From the NCBI GenBank assembly GCA_949289995.1, contig CASEQE010000051.1, positions 1-63,657 on the forward strand: 63,657 nt of DNA, written 5' to 3'. This DNA is from an uncultured Peptococcaceae bacterium. GTDB lineage: Bacteria; Bacillota; Dehalobacteriia; UBA4068. This document shows, piece after piece, positions 34,190 through 43,200 of the stretch. The position numbers were made by a program, and so were the translations under genes. A model generated the notes under the pieces. The model was not told the origin of the DNA. It saw only the letters and a list, made by a program, of their open reading frames with translations, and did not search any database. Each line of letters opens with the position of its first letter. Position 1 is the stretch's first letter.

Positions 34190-35395
34190 ATGAATATTTT
34201 GGTTCTTAATTCCGGTAGCTCCTCACTTAAGTATCAATTGTTCGATATGAACACCGAGCAGGTTATGGCTAGCGGCTTGGTAGAAAAAATTGGTATTTCC
34301 GGATCTTCCCTCACCCACAAACGTCCTGGCAAAGACAAAATTTATTTGGAACAGGATATCGCCAATCATGGCGTCGCTATCGAAATGGTAGTCGCAGCCT
34401 TGACGTCTCCCGAACATGGGGTCATTAAAAACATGAAAGAAATCGACGCCGTAGGCCACAGAGTAGTTCATGGCGGGACTGCTTTTATCAAAGCCAGCCT
34501 AATCGATGAAGAAGCGATTAATACCCTAGAAAGCCTAACGGAAATGGCGCCTTTACACAATCCGGCGGCAGTAAAAGGTATGCGCGCTTGTCAGGAAAAA
34601 ATTCCCGGCGTGCCGATGACCGTGGTAGTGGATACCGCTTTCCATCAAACCATGCCTCGTTCTTCGTATATGTATGGCTTACCTTACGAATACTACGAAA
34701 AATATCAGATTCGCCGTTATGGCTGCCATGGCACCTCCCACCGCTTCGTTGCCCAACGTTGCGCCGAATTATTGGGCAAACAAGAATGCAAAATCGTCAC
34801 CTGCCATCTGGGCAACGGTTCCTCGCTAGCGGCAATCAAAGACGGAAAAGTGCAAGATACCTCAATGGGCTTCACCCCCTTAGCCGGCGTGCTGATGGGA
34901 ACCCGTACCGGGGATTTTGATCCGTCTTTGGTTCCCTACATTATGGAAAAGGAAAATTTAACGCCTGCGCAAATGACTGATCTCATTAATAAAAAATCTG
35001 GTTTATTGGGGCTTTCCGGCGTGAGCAGCGATTTACGCGACGTTGTCGAAGCGGCAAAAGCTGGTAACGATCGCGCCAGAATGGCTCTGGAAGTGTTCGT
35101 TACCACCGTTGTCCGTTTCATCGGCGGTTATGTGGCCGAATTAAACGGTGTGGACGCTATTGTCTTTACTGCCGGTATTGGCGAAAATTCCGTACCGATC
35201 CGCCGCGCTATCTGCCAGCATCTTACTTTCTTAGGCGTAGATTTTGATGAAGAAGCCAATCAATGCAGCGCCGAAGAAAGAGAAATTACCAAACCCGGCT
35301 CTAAAGTACGCATTTTCATTATCCCCACAAATGAGGAACTTTTAATTGCTAGAGATACGAAAGAGCTGGTGGAAAGCTTAAAAAATAACAATTGA
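34190..35395 (+). CDS. ackA: Acetate kinase
   Basis: ILVLNSGSSSLKYQLF, GHRVVHGG, CHLGNGSS, FTAGIGENS. Confidence 0.95.
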   Translation: MNILVLNSGSSSLKYQLFDMNTEQVMASGLVEKIGISGSSLTHKRPGKDKIYLEQDIANHGVAIEMVVAALTSPEHGVIKNMKEIDAVGHRVVHGGTAFIKASLIDEEAINTLESLTEMAPLHNPAAVKGMRACQEKIPGVPMTVVVDTAFHQTMPRSSYMYGLPYEYYEKYQIRRYGCHGTSHRFVAQRCAELLGKQECKIVTCHLGNGSSLAAIKDGKVQDTSMGFTPLAGVLMGTRTGDFDPSLVPYIMEKENLTPAQMTDLINKKSGLLGLSGVSSDLRDVVEAAKAGNDRARMALEVFVTTVVRFIGGYVAELNGVDAIVFTAGIGENSVPIRRAICQHLTFLGVDFDEEANQCSAEEREITKPGSKVRIFIIPTNEELLIARDTKELVESLKNNN

Positions 35396-35420
35396 CAGAG
35401 CCTTTTCTAGCCGGTATAAT
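35392..35420 (+). promoter_or_regulatory. Consensus sigma-A promoter TTGACA-N17-TATAAT overlapping the ackA stop codon
   Basis: TTGACA 35392-35397 (includes TGA 35393-35395), TATAAT 35415-35420. Exact consensus hexamers and spacing, counted by hand. Confidence 0.7.
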
Positions 35421-35436
35421 AGTATGGTATGCGACT

Positions 35437-35979
35437 ATGATTCATATTAATATCAGTAAACTGAGAAATATTCCCGGGGCACATCTGGATGTGGATTTGC
35501 ATTGCCAGCCGCAATGTAGCCAATATGGTTACAACGATCTGCGGTTTGCGGAGGATTTATCTTTTCAAGGTCAAATAGAAAATTGCGGCAACGGCACGTA
35601 TCAAATTAACGGCGCCTATCAAGGACGGTTGATCTTGACCTGCAGCCGATGTGCACAAGAATTCTCTTTGCCGGTGGACGGCACTCTACGCAGAACCTAT
35701 GTAGCGCAACAAGGGAAACCGTTTCCGGAAAACATGGAGGAAACGGAAGAAGAAGAAACGATTGATTTTAGCGGCAACGATATTGATCTAACGCAAGAAA
35801 TTTTAACCGAAATCTATTTATCTTTACCCATGCAACCGCTATGCCGTCCAGATTGCCGCGGATTATGTCCGGTATGCGGTCAAGATTTAAACAATGGCAG
35901 TTGCGCCTGCATCGGAGAACAAATTGATCCGCGCTGGCAAAAACTGAAAGATTTTGTAGAGAGTAAGAAAGGAGTGTAA
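35437..35979 (+). CDS. YceD-family (DUF177) protein
   Basis: Track ORF starts at the TTG inside the -35 box; trimmed to ATG 35437. C-terminal CRPDCRGLCPVCGQDLNNGSCAC zinc-ribbon-like motif. Conserved position before rpmF. Confidence 0.8.
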   Translation: MIHINISKLRNIPGAHLDVDLHCQPQCSQYGYNDLRFAEDLSFQGQIENCGNGTYQINGAYQGRLILTCSRCAQEFSLPVDGTLRRTYVAQQGKPFPENMEETEEEETIDFSGNDIDLTQEILTEIYLSLPMQPLCRPDCRGLCPVCGQDLNNGSCACIGEQIDPRWQKLKDFVESKKGV

Positions 35980-35982
35980 CAA

Positions 35983-36174
35983 ATGGGCGTACCCAAAGGG
36001 AAAACCTCCAAAGCCAATCGGCGGATGAATCGGGCGATGCGTTATACGCTGGAAGGTCCGGCTCTATCCCAATGTCCGCAATGCCATGCTTTGCGTCAAC
36101 CGCATCATGCCTGCCCGGAATGCGGTTCTTATAATGGCCGTCCGGCCCCGGAGAAAACGGCGGCCAAGGCCTAA
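35983..36174 (+). CDS. rpmF: 50S ribosomal protein L32
   Basis: MGVPKGKTSKANRRMNRA and CPQC...CPECG. Confidence 0.95.
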   Translation: MGVPKGKTSKANRRMNRAMRYTLEGPALSQCPQCHALRQPHHACPECGSYNGRPAPEKTAAKA

Positions 36175-36208
36175 ACCCCATAACGCTTTGGTACCGCGAC
36201 GTTTAAGA

Positions 36209-36235
36209 GGCCGCCCATGTGGCGGCCCCTTTTTA
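36209..36235 (+). terminator. Intrinsic terminator after rpmF
   Basis: GGCCGCC-catgt-GGCGGCC followed by CCTTTTTAT. Confidence 0.75.
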
Positions 36236-36328
36236 TACGATTAGAGCAAATTATATTGATAATTTACCCCACCTCTTGATATAATAATAGCGGATGATTA
36301 CTCGCTAACAGAAGATTTGGAGGTCTTT

Positions 36329-37300
36329 ATGCGTTTCGCTATTGATGCTATGGGCGGAGATAAAGCCCCCGATGCCTTAATTCAAGGCACGCTGCAAGCG
36401 GCTCAAATTACCCCTGAAGATCAATTTATCTTGGTTGGCAGCGAAGAAGCCCGCCCTGTTCAGCCATTACCGGATAATGTTGCCTGGCATATATCCACGC
36501 AAGTTATGGCTATGGATGAAAACGTACAGAATCTGCTCAAAAAACGGGACAGTTCGATTTGGATCGCTACTAAACTGGTCAAAGACGGCGAAGTCGACGC
36601 GGTTATTTCCGCCGGCTCTACAGCAGCTCAGATGGCGGCGGCGGTTATTCTCCTGGGAAAAATCGACCATTTATTGCGTCCGGCTATTGCCACCACTCTT
36701 CCTAGTCTGCAAGGACCAAAAATTTTTCTTGATATCGGCGTAAACGCCGATATCGAACCGCCGATGCTGTTACAATTTGCGCAGATGGGCGCGGTATATG
36801 CCCAAGCGATTGGCGTGGCAGATCAACCCCAGGTCGCCCTATTGTCCAATGGCGCCGAAGAACATAAAGGCAATGCTTTAACCCGGGAAGCTTACGCCTT
36901 ACTGGGCCAATCGAATCTGCATTTTATCGGCAACCGGGAAGGACGGGATCTGTTAATAGGCAATTACGACGTTATGGTAACGGATGGTTTTTCCGGCAAT
37001 ATTGCAATTAAAAGCATGGAAAGCGCTTTTCATCTTATGACTGCTATTCTTAAAAAAGAGTTAACTGCCAAATTTAGCCGAAAAATTGGCGCCATATTGA
37101 TTAAACCGGCATTAAATGAATTGAAAAAAGCATTAGATTATCAAGTCTATGGCGGCGCCCCTCTATTGGGAATCAAGGGACTAAGCGTCGTTTGTCATGG
37201 GTCATCCGGCGCGGAGGCAATTGTCGCCTCTTTCCGTCAAGCCAGAAGCTGTTATCAACATCATTTAACCGATAAAATCGCGGAGGCAATTCTATCATGA
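36329..37300 (+). CDS. plsX: Phosphate acyltransferase
   Basis: Trimmed to ATG 36329 after GGAGG. MRFAIDAMGGDKAP. Confidence 0.95.
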   Translation: MRFAIDAMGGDKAPDALIQGTLQAAQITPEDQFILVGSEEARPVQPLPDNVAWHISTQVMAMDENVQNLLKKRDSSIWIATKLVKDGEVDAVISAGSTAAQMAAAVILLGKIDHLLRPAIATTLPSLQGPKIFLDIGVNADIEPPMLLQFAQMGAVYAQAIGVADQPQVALLSNGAEEHKGNALTREAYALLGQSNLHFIGNREGRDLLIGNYDVMVTDGFSGNIAIKSMESAFHLMTAILKKELTAKFSRKIGAILIKPALNELKKALDYQVYGGAPLLGIKGLSVVCHGSSGAEAIVASFRQARSCYQHHLTDKIAEAILS

Positions 37301-37530
37301 GAGAAGAAGAACGGCTGAAACAAATCGTAGCAGAACAGTTTGCCATCAATGAAGAAGATCTAAACGGCGATTTAACCTTTGATGAATTGGCTTTAGATTC
37401 CTTAGAATGGATGGAATTGGCCGTTACCATCGAAGAAGAATTTGATATTCAATTGGCGGACGTAGATTTACGTAGAATCCAAAATTTAGGCCAAATGGCA
37501 GAAATTATTTTGGAAAGAATCAGAGAATAA
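37297..37530 (+). CDS. acpP: Acyl carrier protein (divergent sequence)
   Basis: 77 aa with an LALDSLEWMELAVTIEEEF phosphopantetheine-site motif. ATGA overlap with plsX. Confidence 0.75.
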   Translation: MREEERLKQIVAEQFAINEEDLNGDLTFDELALDSLEWMELAVTIEEEFDIQLADVDLRRIQNLGQMAEIILERIRE

Positions 37531-37534
37531 AATT

Positions 37535-38311
37535 ATGGATCAACATCTTCCATCAGCGGCAAATATCGCCGTAGCGCACAAACAAAAACTTTCATACTTA
37601 GCCGAAATGCTGGACTTTCCTTTGGAGAGGCTGGATTTATTGCGGCAAGCGGTTACCCATCCTGCTTTTTTTGAAGGCCAAAAGCATGGCGGCCGTCGCC
37701 CGCTGGACAATCAGCGGTTGGAATATCTGGGCGATGCAGTTTTGGATTTGGTAATTGGCGAATATTTGTATCATGCCTATCCCAATGCCCGAGAAGGTGA
37801 ATTAAGCAAAATGCGCGCGGTCATCGTTTGTGAAGCTTCTTTGGCCGCTCAGGCCCAAAAGCTGGGATTAGACGAAACGCTACGTCTAGGCAGAGGATCC
37901 GAACTAAGCGGAGACCGGCATCGACCTTCCATTTTGGCGGATGCTTTTGAAGCGGTTACCGGCGCATTGTTTGAAGTAGGTGGTTTGGACAAAGCCCAAC
38001 GCTTTCTATATACGCAGTTTAAAGATAAAATGGATCGACTTTCCGCTGCAGATTATGAGGATAAAAAAAGCCTGTTGCAAGAAATCGTGCAAAAATATAG
38101 TCCCAAAGGCGTAACCTATAAGCTATTGGATACCCAAGGACCAGACCATGCCCCCAGCTTTGAAAGCGGCGCCTATTGGGGAAAGATTCTATTAGCCAGC
38201 GGCAAAGGCAGCAGCAAAAAAGAAAGCGAACAAGCTGCGGCACAAGCCGCCCTAGCAAATAAACAGGTCTGGTTGGATAAAGTAAAATTCTACCAAGATG
38301 CGGATGGTTAA
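37535..38311 (+). CDS. rnc: Ribonuclease III
   Basis: NQRLEYLGDAVLDLVIGEYLY signature and C-terminal dsRBD (GKGSSKKESEQAAA). Confidence 0.95.
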   Translation: MDQHLPSAANIAVAHKQKLSYLAEMLDFPLERLDLLRQAVTHPAFFEGQKHGGRRPLDNQRLEYLGDAVLDLVIGEYLYHAYPNAREGELSKMRAVIVCEASLAAQAQKLGLDETLRLGRGSELSGDRHRPSILADAFEAVTGALFEVGGLDKAQRFLYTQFKDKMDRLSAADYEDKKSLLQEIVQKYSPKGVTYKLLDTQGPDHAPSFESGAYWGKILLASGKGSSKKESEQAAAQAALANKQVWLDKVKFYQDADG

Positions 38312-38327
38312 TCCGCCATGCATATAT

Positions 38328-38375
38328 AAAAAAACCGGGCTTTCCTTGCCATTGGTAGGGAAAGCCCGGTTTTTG
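38328..38375. terminator. Bidirectional terminator between rnc and thrS
   Basis: AAAAACCGGGCTTTCC ... GGGAAAGCCCGGTTTTT. Confidence 0.85.
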
Positions 38376-38438
38376 GTCATAAATAATGAAAAAGGATGAA
38401 ACGCAAATATCCAGACACTTTTTTGCATTTGCTATGGG

Positions 38439-40346
38439 TTAAGCATTCGTTTTGGTGGCGATTTCATCTTGCAAACGATGGATAATATCATCCAAAGCCA
38501 TAAACCCTAAGTCGCCTTCGCCGCGTTTGCGTAAAGCCGCCCCTTGAGCTTCTTGCTCTTTATCGCCTAATACCAACATATAAGGAATTTTTTCGGCTTG
38601 GGCGGCACGCAACTTATAACCGATTTTTTCATTTCTATCATCTACTTCTACCCGAATGCCAGCTTCTTTTAATTTTCTTGCCACCTGATACGCGTAATCG
38701 TTCTGCCGATCGGTAATGGTGGTAATTTTAACTTGCACCGGAGCCAACCAAAGGGGAAAAGCGCCGGCAAAATGCTCGGTTAGGATACCAATAAACCGTT
38801 CAATACTACCGAAAATCACTCGATGGATCATCACCGGCCGATGAGGCTGATTATCTGGACCGATATAGGTTAAGTCAAATTTTTCCGGCATTTGGAAATC
38901 CAATTGTATCGTACCGCATTGCCAAGTACGTCCCAAGCTATCTTCCAGATGGAAGTCCAGTTTGGGCCCATAAAATGCGCCGTCTCCTGGGTTAATCGTA
39001 AAATCCATACCCATTTCTTTCATTGCGTCGGCCAGCGAAGCTTCCGCTACATCCCAAATATCCTGGCTACCCATAGCTTTTTCCGGTTTAGTGGAGAGTT
39101 CCACATGATAGGAAAAACCAAACATTTTATAACACTGGTCAATCATCGTGGCCACGCCTTTAATCTCATCCTTAATTTGTTCCGGCGTCATAAAAATATG
39201 GGCGTCATCCTGAGTAAAGCAGCGCACACGCATCAACCCGTGTAATGCGCCGGATAATTCGTGTCGATGCACCAAACCCAATTCGCCGCAACGAATCGGC
39301 AACTCCCGATAACTATGGGGTTTGCTACGATACACCAATAAGCCGCCGGGGCAATTCATCGGTTTAATTGCATAATCCTCGTCATCAATACGGGTAAAAT
39401 ACATATTGTTTTGATAATGTTCCCAATGTCCAGAGCGCTCCCATAGCGAACGATTGAGGATCATCGGCGTTTTAATTTCCTGATAGCCCCAATCCTCATG
39501 CATCTGCCGCCAATAATTCTCCAATTGATTGCGCAAAATCATTCCTTTGGGCAAAAAGAAAGGAAAGCCCGGTCCCTCGTCCATAAACGTAAACAGATCC
39601 AATTCCGCGCCGAGTTTACGATGATCCCGTTTTTTGGCTTCTTCCAATTTATATAAATGATCGGCCAACTGTTCTTTGCTGGGGAAAGAAACGCCATAAA
39701 TCCGCTGCAGCATTTTATTCTTTTCGCTTCCCCGCCAATAGGCGCCGGCTACGCTCATCAATTTAAAAGCCTTCACTTGCGCTGTAGAAAGCAAATGAGG
39801 ACCGGCGCAGAGATCCAAATAATCGCCTTGCCGATATACGCTGATCGTCGCATCCGCCGGCAAATCATGAATCAACTCGACTTTATAGTTTTCCCCTTTA
39901 GCGGCGAATAGGGCCAAAGCTTCCTCCCGCGGCAATTCTTCCCTAGTAAAGGGTAAATTTTGCTTAACGATACGGGTCATTTCTTTTTCTATTGCCGCTA
40001 AATCCGCCTCGCCAAACACATGCGGGCTATCCACGTCATAATAAAAACCATCTTTAATCGCCGGTCCGATACCAAACTTGGTTTCCGGGTACAAATGCTG
40101 TATCGCCTGCGCCATAATATGGGCGGTGCTATGATGAAACGTATGCGCTCCCGCCGGGTCTGTAAAAGTTAAAACCTCCAAAGTATCCCCGTCCTGGGGC
40201 AAGGCGCTTAAATCCCTGGCTTGACCATTAATCAAAACCACGCAAGCTTTTTTTGCCAAATCCTTGTCGATTTCTTTAACGATGGCGATGGCCGGTGCCC
40301 CTTCCGCAACTTCCACGGCGCCGTAGCCCTTCATTTCGATACGCAT
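38439..40346 (-). CDS. thrS: Threonine--tRNA ligase
   Basis: Trimmed to ATG 40344-40346 after AAGGAGG. TGS domain, HRHELSGALHGLMRVRCFTQDDAHIF, class II motifs. Confidence 0.95.
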   Translation of the reverse strand: MRIEMKGYGAVEVAEGAPAIAIVKEIDKDLAKKACVVLINGQARDLSALPQDGDTLEVLTFTDPAGAHTFHHSTAHIMAQAIQHLYPETKFGIGPAIKDGFYYDVDSPHVFGEADLAAIEKEMTRIVKQNLPFTREELPREEALALFAAKGENYKVELIHDLPADATISVYRQGDYLDLCAGPHLLSTAQVKAFKLMSVAGAYWRGSEKNKMLQRIYGVSFPSKEQLADHLYKLEEAKKRDHRKLGAELDLFTFMDEGPGFPFFLPKGMILRNQLENYWRQMHEDWGYQEIKTPMILNRSLWERSGHWEHYQNNMYFTRIDDEDYAIKPMNCPGGLLVYRSKPHSYRELPIRCGELGLVHRHELSGALHGLMRVRCFTQDDAHIFMTPEQIKDEIKGVATMIDQCYKMFGFSYHVELSTKPEKAMGSQDIWDVAEASLADAMKEMGMDFTINPGDGAFYGPKLDFHLEDSLGRTWQCGTIQLDFQMPEKFDLTYIGPDNQPHRPVMIHRVIFGSIERFIGILTEHFAGAFPLWLAPVQVKITTITDRQNDYAYQVARKLKEAGIRVEVDDRNEKIGYKLRAAQAEKIPYMLVLGDKEQEAQGAALRKRGEGDLGFMALDDIIHRLQDEIATKTNA

Positions 40347-40611
40347 AAAAACCTCCTTAACATTAAAAATAGCCTCACCCTCTCGGGGTGAAGCTTTGCT
40401 CCACGGTTCCACCCGAATTGCTGCTGCGGCTTGCGCCCCGGCGGCCTCTCGACGGCCTTAACGCGGCCAACGGCAGGGGTTCGCCCCCGCACTCCCCGGT
40501 GGTAATGACAAAAACCGGCTTATGCGCCTTGCAGCAAACGGCGCACTCTCTGTAAAGCGATTCTTTGCCATCATGTCCGGATCATCGTTTTGCATATGCT
40601 TTTATTCTAAT
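40347..40611 (-). promoter_or_regulatory. T-box leader (threonine specifier ACC) with terminator/antiterminator
   Basis: Minus strand reads AATTCGGGTGGAACCGTGG (T-box, 40401-40419). Terminator TTCACCC-cgaga-GGGTGAGG followed by CTATTTTT. AGAGA element and UUACCACC specifier-loop candidate (ACC at 40501-40503, followed by A). Confidence 0.85.
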
Positions 40612-40617
40612 ATTTCG

Positions 40618-40646
40618 ATTTTACCATTCTCCATATATATTGTCAA
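40618..40646 (-). promoter_or_regulatory. Sigma-A promoter TTGACA-N17-TAAAAT for the thrS T-box leader
   Basis: Minus-strand TTGACA is plus 40641-40646. TAAAAT is plus 40618-40623. Confidence 0.7.
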
Positions 40647-40668
40647 TAGATCTATAGAAAATAGCCAT

Positions 40669-41199
40669 TCACAGGCGCAACAATTGCGCTCGCTGGCGAT
40701 AATCCGGCAAAACAGAGGCAACCAGTGCATAAAATGCCGGACTGTGATTTTTATGCACAATATGGCTCAATTCATGTACCACCACATACTCAATTGCAGC
40801 TTGTGGATAAGCCATTAGCCGCCAAGAAAAGCATAAACGGTTGACGTTGCTGCAGCTTCCAAATCGTTTGGCGGCCCCGGTGATACGTATGCCAGCCGGC
40901 TCCAAGCCCATTTGCGTTTGGTAATGCCGCACCAACAAAGGAAGCTCTTCCTGTGCCCGCCGGCGCAAAATCTCCTCTTGGGCATCGATTCGGGCTTGAA
41001 AAGCCTGTCTCCTCTGTTGCAAATCCCAATGCGTATCCAGCCAGCGACGATGTTTATGCACAAACTGTTCCACCGTTTCCCGGCTTACATGCCAAGGCGC
41101 TCGAATCACTATGCGCATATCGTCGGTAATCTCCAAAGCTAAACTCCGCCGCCCGCTACGAATAATTTCATAGGTATATGGGTTTTCTACTTCGCTCAT
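40669..41199 (-). CDS. YgjP-like (DUF45/M48-type) metal-dependent hydrolase
   Basis: HELSHIVHKNHSPAFYALV zinc motif. ATGA overlap with the upstream gene. Confidence 0.8.
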   Translation of the reverse strand: MSEVENPYTYEIIRSGRRSLALEITDDMRIVIRAPWHVSRETVEQFVHKHRRWLDTHWDLQQRRQAFQARIDAQEEILRRRAQEELPLLVRHYQTQMGLEPAGIRITGAAKRFGSCSNVNRLCFSWRLMAYPQAAIEYVVVHELSHIVHKNHSPAFYALVASVLPDYRQRAQLLRL

Positions 41200-42740
41200 T
41201 TTTCCTGCCTACCCTCTCGCGACTGCAAACAAGCCGTCAGAATTCCCCAAGCCAACCAGAATAACGGCGCCGTTATACATAAACGAAAACAGAAAAAAGC
41301 TTGAATGCAATAGGCAAATACTCCTAAGCCCAAAGCCATAACAGCCGGTTCCCGATATCGTTTTACACAATCCTTGGCGCTGATCAATAAAGCCGCAATA
41401 TAAAACAATACGGCTGGCAAACCCAAATTGACCAAATCATTCAGATATTCATTATGCGCGCAATCTACCATAGAACGCAAGGTTAAACCGCTTTCCGGAA
41501 CATAACGGCTAAAATACAAATTTAAACGCACCGCTAAAGTATCCGGTCCACCGCCCAACCACCAATGTTCCGGCACTAACGCTAAGCTTTCCCGCCAAAT
41601 CAATATCCGGCTAGATCCAAAGTCGTCTGCAATATTTCCATGTAGGACTTGCGAAAATTCCCCCCAAAAGCCGTCCCAATTTTCACCAAAACAAAATATC
41701 GCCGCCGCTAACAATATACTAACAAAAGCTATACAGGCAAACCAGCGCCAGCGCCATTGTTTATTCTTTCCATAAAGCAATGGAACAGCCGCCACAAAAC
41801 AAACGGCTAAAGCCAGCAATCCAGCTGCCACTTTGGCCTGCAGCAAAACGGCCGTCGCTGCCGCCGCCGTCGCCAAAACCGGCCAACGCAGCTTATCGTC
41901 GGTAAAACGCAGGCCATATACGGCAAGAATGGGAATAGACAAGGTAAAAAAGGCAGAAAAGAGATCCGCATTACCAATGGTGCCCAGAAACTCTCCGCTG
42001 TAGCGTATATGCGCATCCAGATAGGTATAGCCCTGGGGATACAAAGCCAGGGGATTATAGCCGGCAAATTGCGCCCATGCTAACAGGCAATTCAAAGCCA
42101 TAGAAAAAGTTAGCGCATAAACGTAAATCCGTCGCGGCTTGGCCCATAAGCTGAGCAAAAAGAAGCTTATACCATAAGAAAGCAATGTAAAAAAGCCTTC
42201 ATAACGACCGCCGCCCCACCAAACGATTTGCTGATAATCGCTGCACAAAGCAGATAGAAAAGCAGCCGCCAAAAAGGCGGCTATCGCCGATATACTGCCA
42301 TGGATTTTACCTCGATAGCAAAAAACTGGCGATTTACGCCATATCCCTCCTTTAATCCATGCCATTGACAACAATATTAGTCCAAGAGCGGCATAAATAC
42401 ATAGCGCAGCAGAAAATAAATTATATTTACTTGCCGTTATCGCCAAATATCCTTGCGGCCCACAAATCAAAACAAATGGAAGCAGAATAAACAATATGTA
42501 TAGGGCAGATAAAGCCTCGCCCCACTTGGCCAGCGCGCCTTCCTGCCATGGGGGCGGCATTCGCCGGCATATCAATCGCAACCGGCGGAAACCGGTTAAA
42601 GCATATCGTATCATATATCGCCGTTTTCCCTTTATGAAAAATAGTGATTTACCAATATATAGGCACATTATACGGTATTTCTTTTGCCATGACAAGGTGT
42701 TTTTCCTAGATTCATATGCCAAATTGGGAAGATTTTCCAT
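41196..42740 (-). CDS. O-antigen ligase / Wzy_C-domain polytopic membrane protein (start uncertain)
   Basis: More than 10 TM segments. No start has a good SD. The ATG at 42614 would avoid the 29-nt overlap with the upstream gene. Confidence 0.65.
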   Translation of the reverse strand: MENLPNLAYESRKNTLSWQKKYRIMCLYIGKSLFFIKGKRRYMIRYALTGFRRLRLICRRMPPPWQEGALAKWGEALSALYILFILLPFVLICGPQGYLAITASKYNLFSAALCIYAALGLILLSMAWIKGGIWRKSPVFCYRGKIHGSISAIAAFLAAAFLSALCSDYQQIVWWGGGRYEGFFTLLSYGISFFLLSLWAKPRRIYVYALTFSMALNCLLAWAQFAGYNPLALYPQGYTYLDAHIRYSGEFLGTIGNADLFSAFFTLSIPILAVYGLRFTDDKLRWPVLATAAAATAVLLQAKVAAGLLALAVCFVAAVPLLYGKNKQWRWRWFACIAFVSILLAAAIFCFGENWDGFWGEFSQVLHGNIADDFGSSRILIWRESLALVPEHWWLGGGPDTLAVRLNLYFSRYVPESGLTLRSMVDCAHNEYLNDLVNLGLPAVLFYIAALLISAKDCVKRYREPAVMALGLGVFAYCIQAFFCFRLCITAPLFWLAWGILTACLQSREGRQEK

Positions 42741-43155
42741 GTTTTAACGGTTTTGTTACAAGAGCGGCTAGGTGAAACCAAGGGTGCCGCTGCTGCTGGA
42801 AGCGGGAGACGGCGCATAAAACCGGTAGGCTTAACGCATACCATAACGCGCAAAAGGGCAAACAAATTTGTCCGAACACACGCCAAGGCAAATGGCTATA
42901 ATCCCACACCGCCAGTTTAAGCCATTTGTTCAGGATACAACCAGCGGTAAACTCCAAAAGGGTGATGGCTCCCGCTCCCAGCAAACCTTGTATCGCAAGG
43001 GGTTTATGATGAAAACGCCGTCCCAGCCCCACCAATATATTTAATACCAAACCGCCGGCGATACCCATCGTCCAATGGGTATAACCACGAAAACCGATTT
43101 CCATCAATGGATACACAAGGCCGCCGGTAATAAAATGACTCAAAAATTTACGCAT
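42712..43155 (-). CDS. Small polytopic membrane protein (DUF1113 / putative ABC-transporter type IV-like)
   Basis: 147 aa, 4 TM. GGLVYPLMEIGFRG and WDYSHLP motifs, as remembered for that family. Confidence 0.6.
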   Translation of the reverse strand: MRKFLSHFITGGLVYPLMEIGFRGYTHWTMGIAGGLVLNILVGLGRRFHHKPLAIQGLLGAGAITLLEFTAGCILNKWLKLAVWDYSHLPWRVFGQICLPFCALWYALSLPVLCAVSRFQQQRHPWFHLAALVTKPLKHGKSSQFGI

Positions 43156-43200
43156 ACTATCCCAACCTTTGCCAAAACTTAGAGATAGTATGATCCAAAT

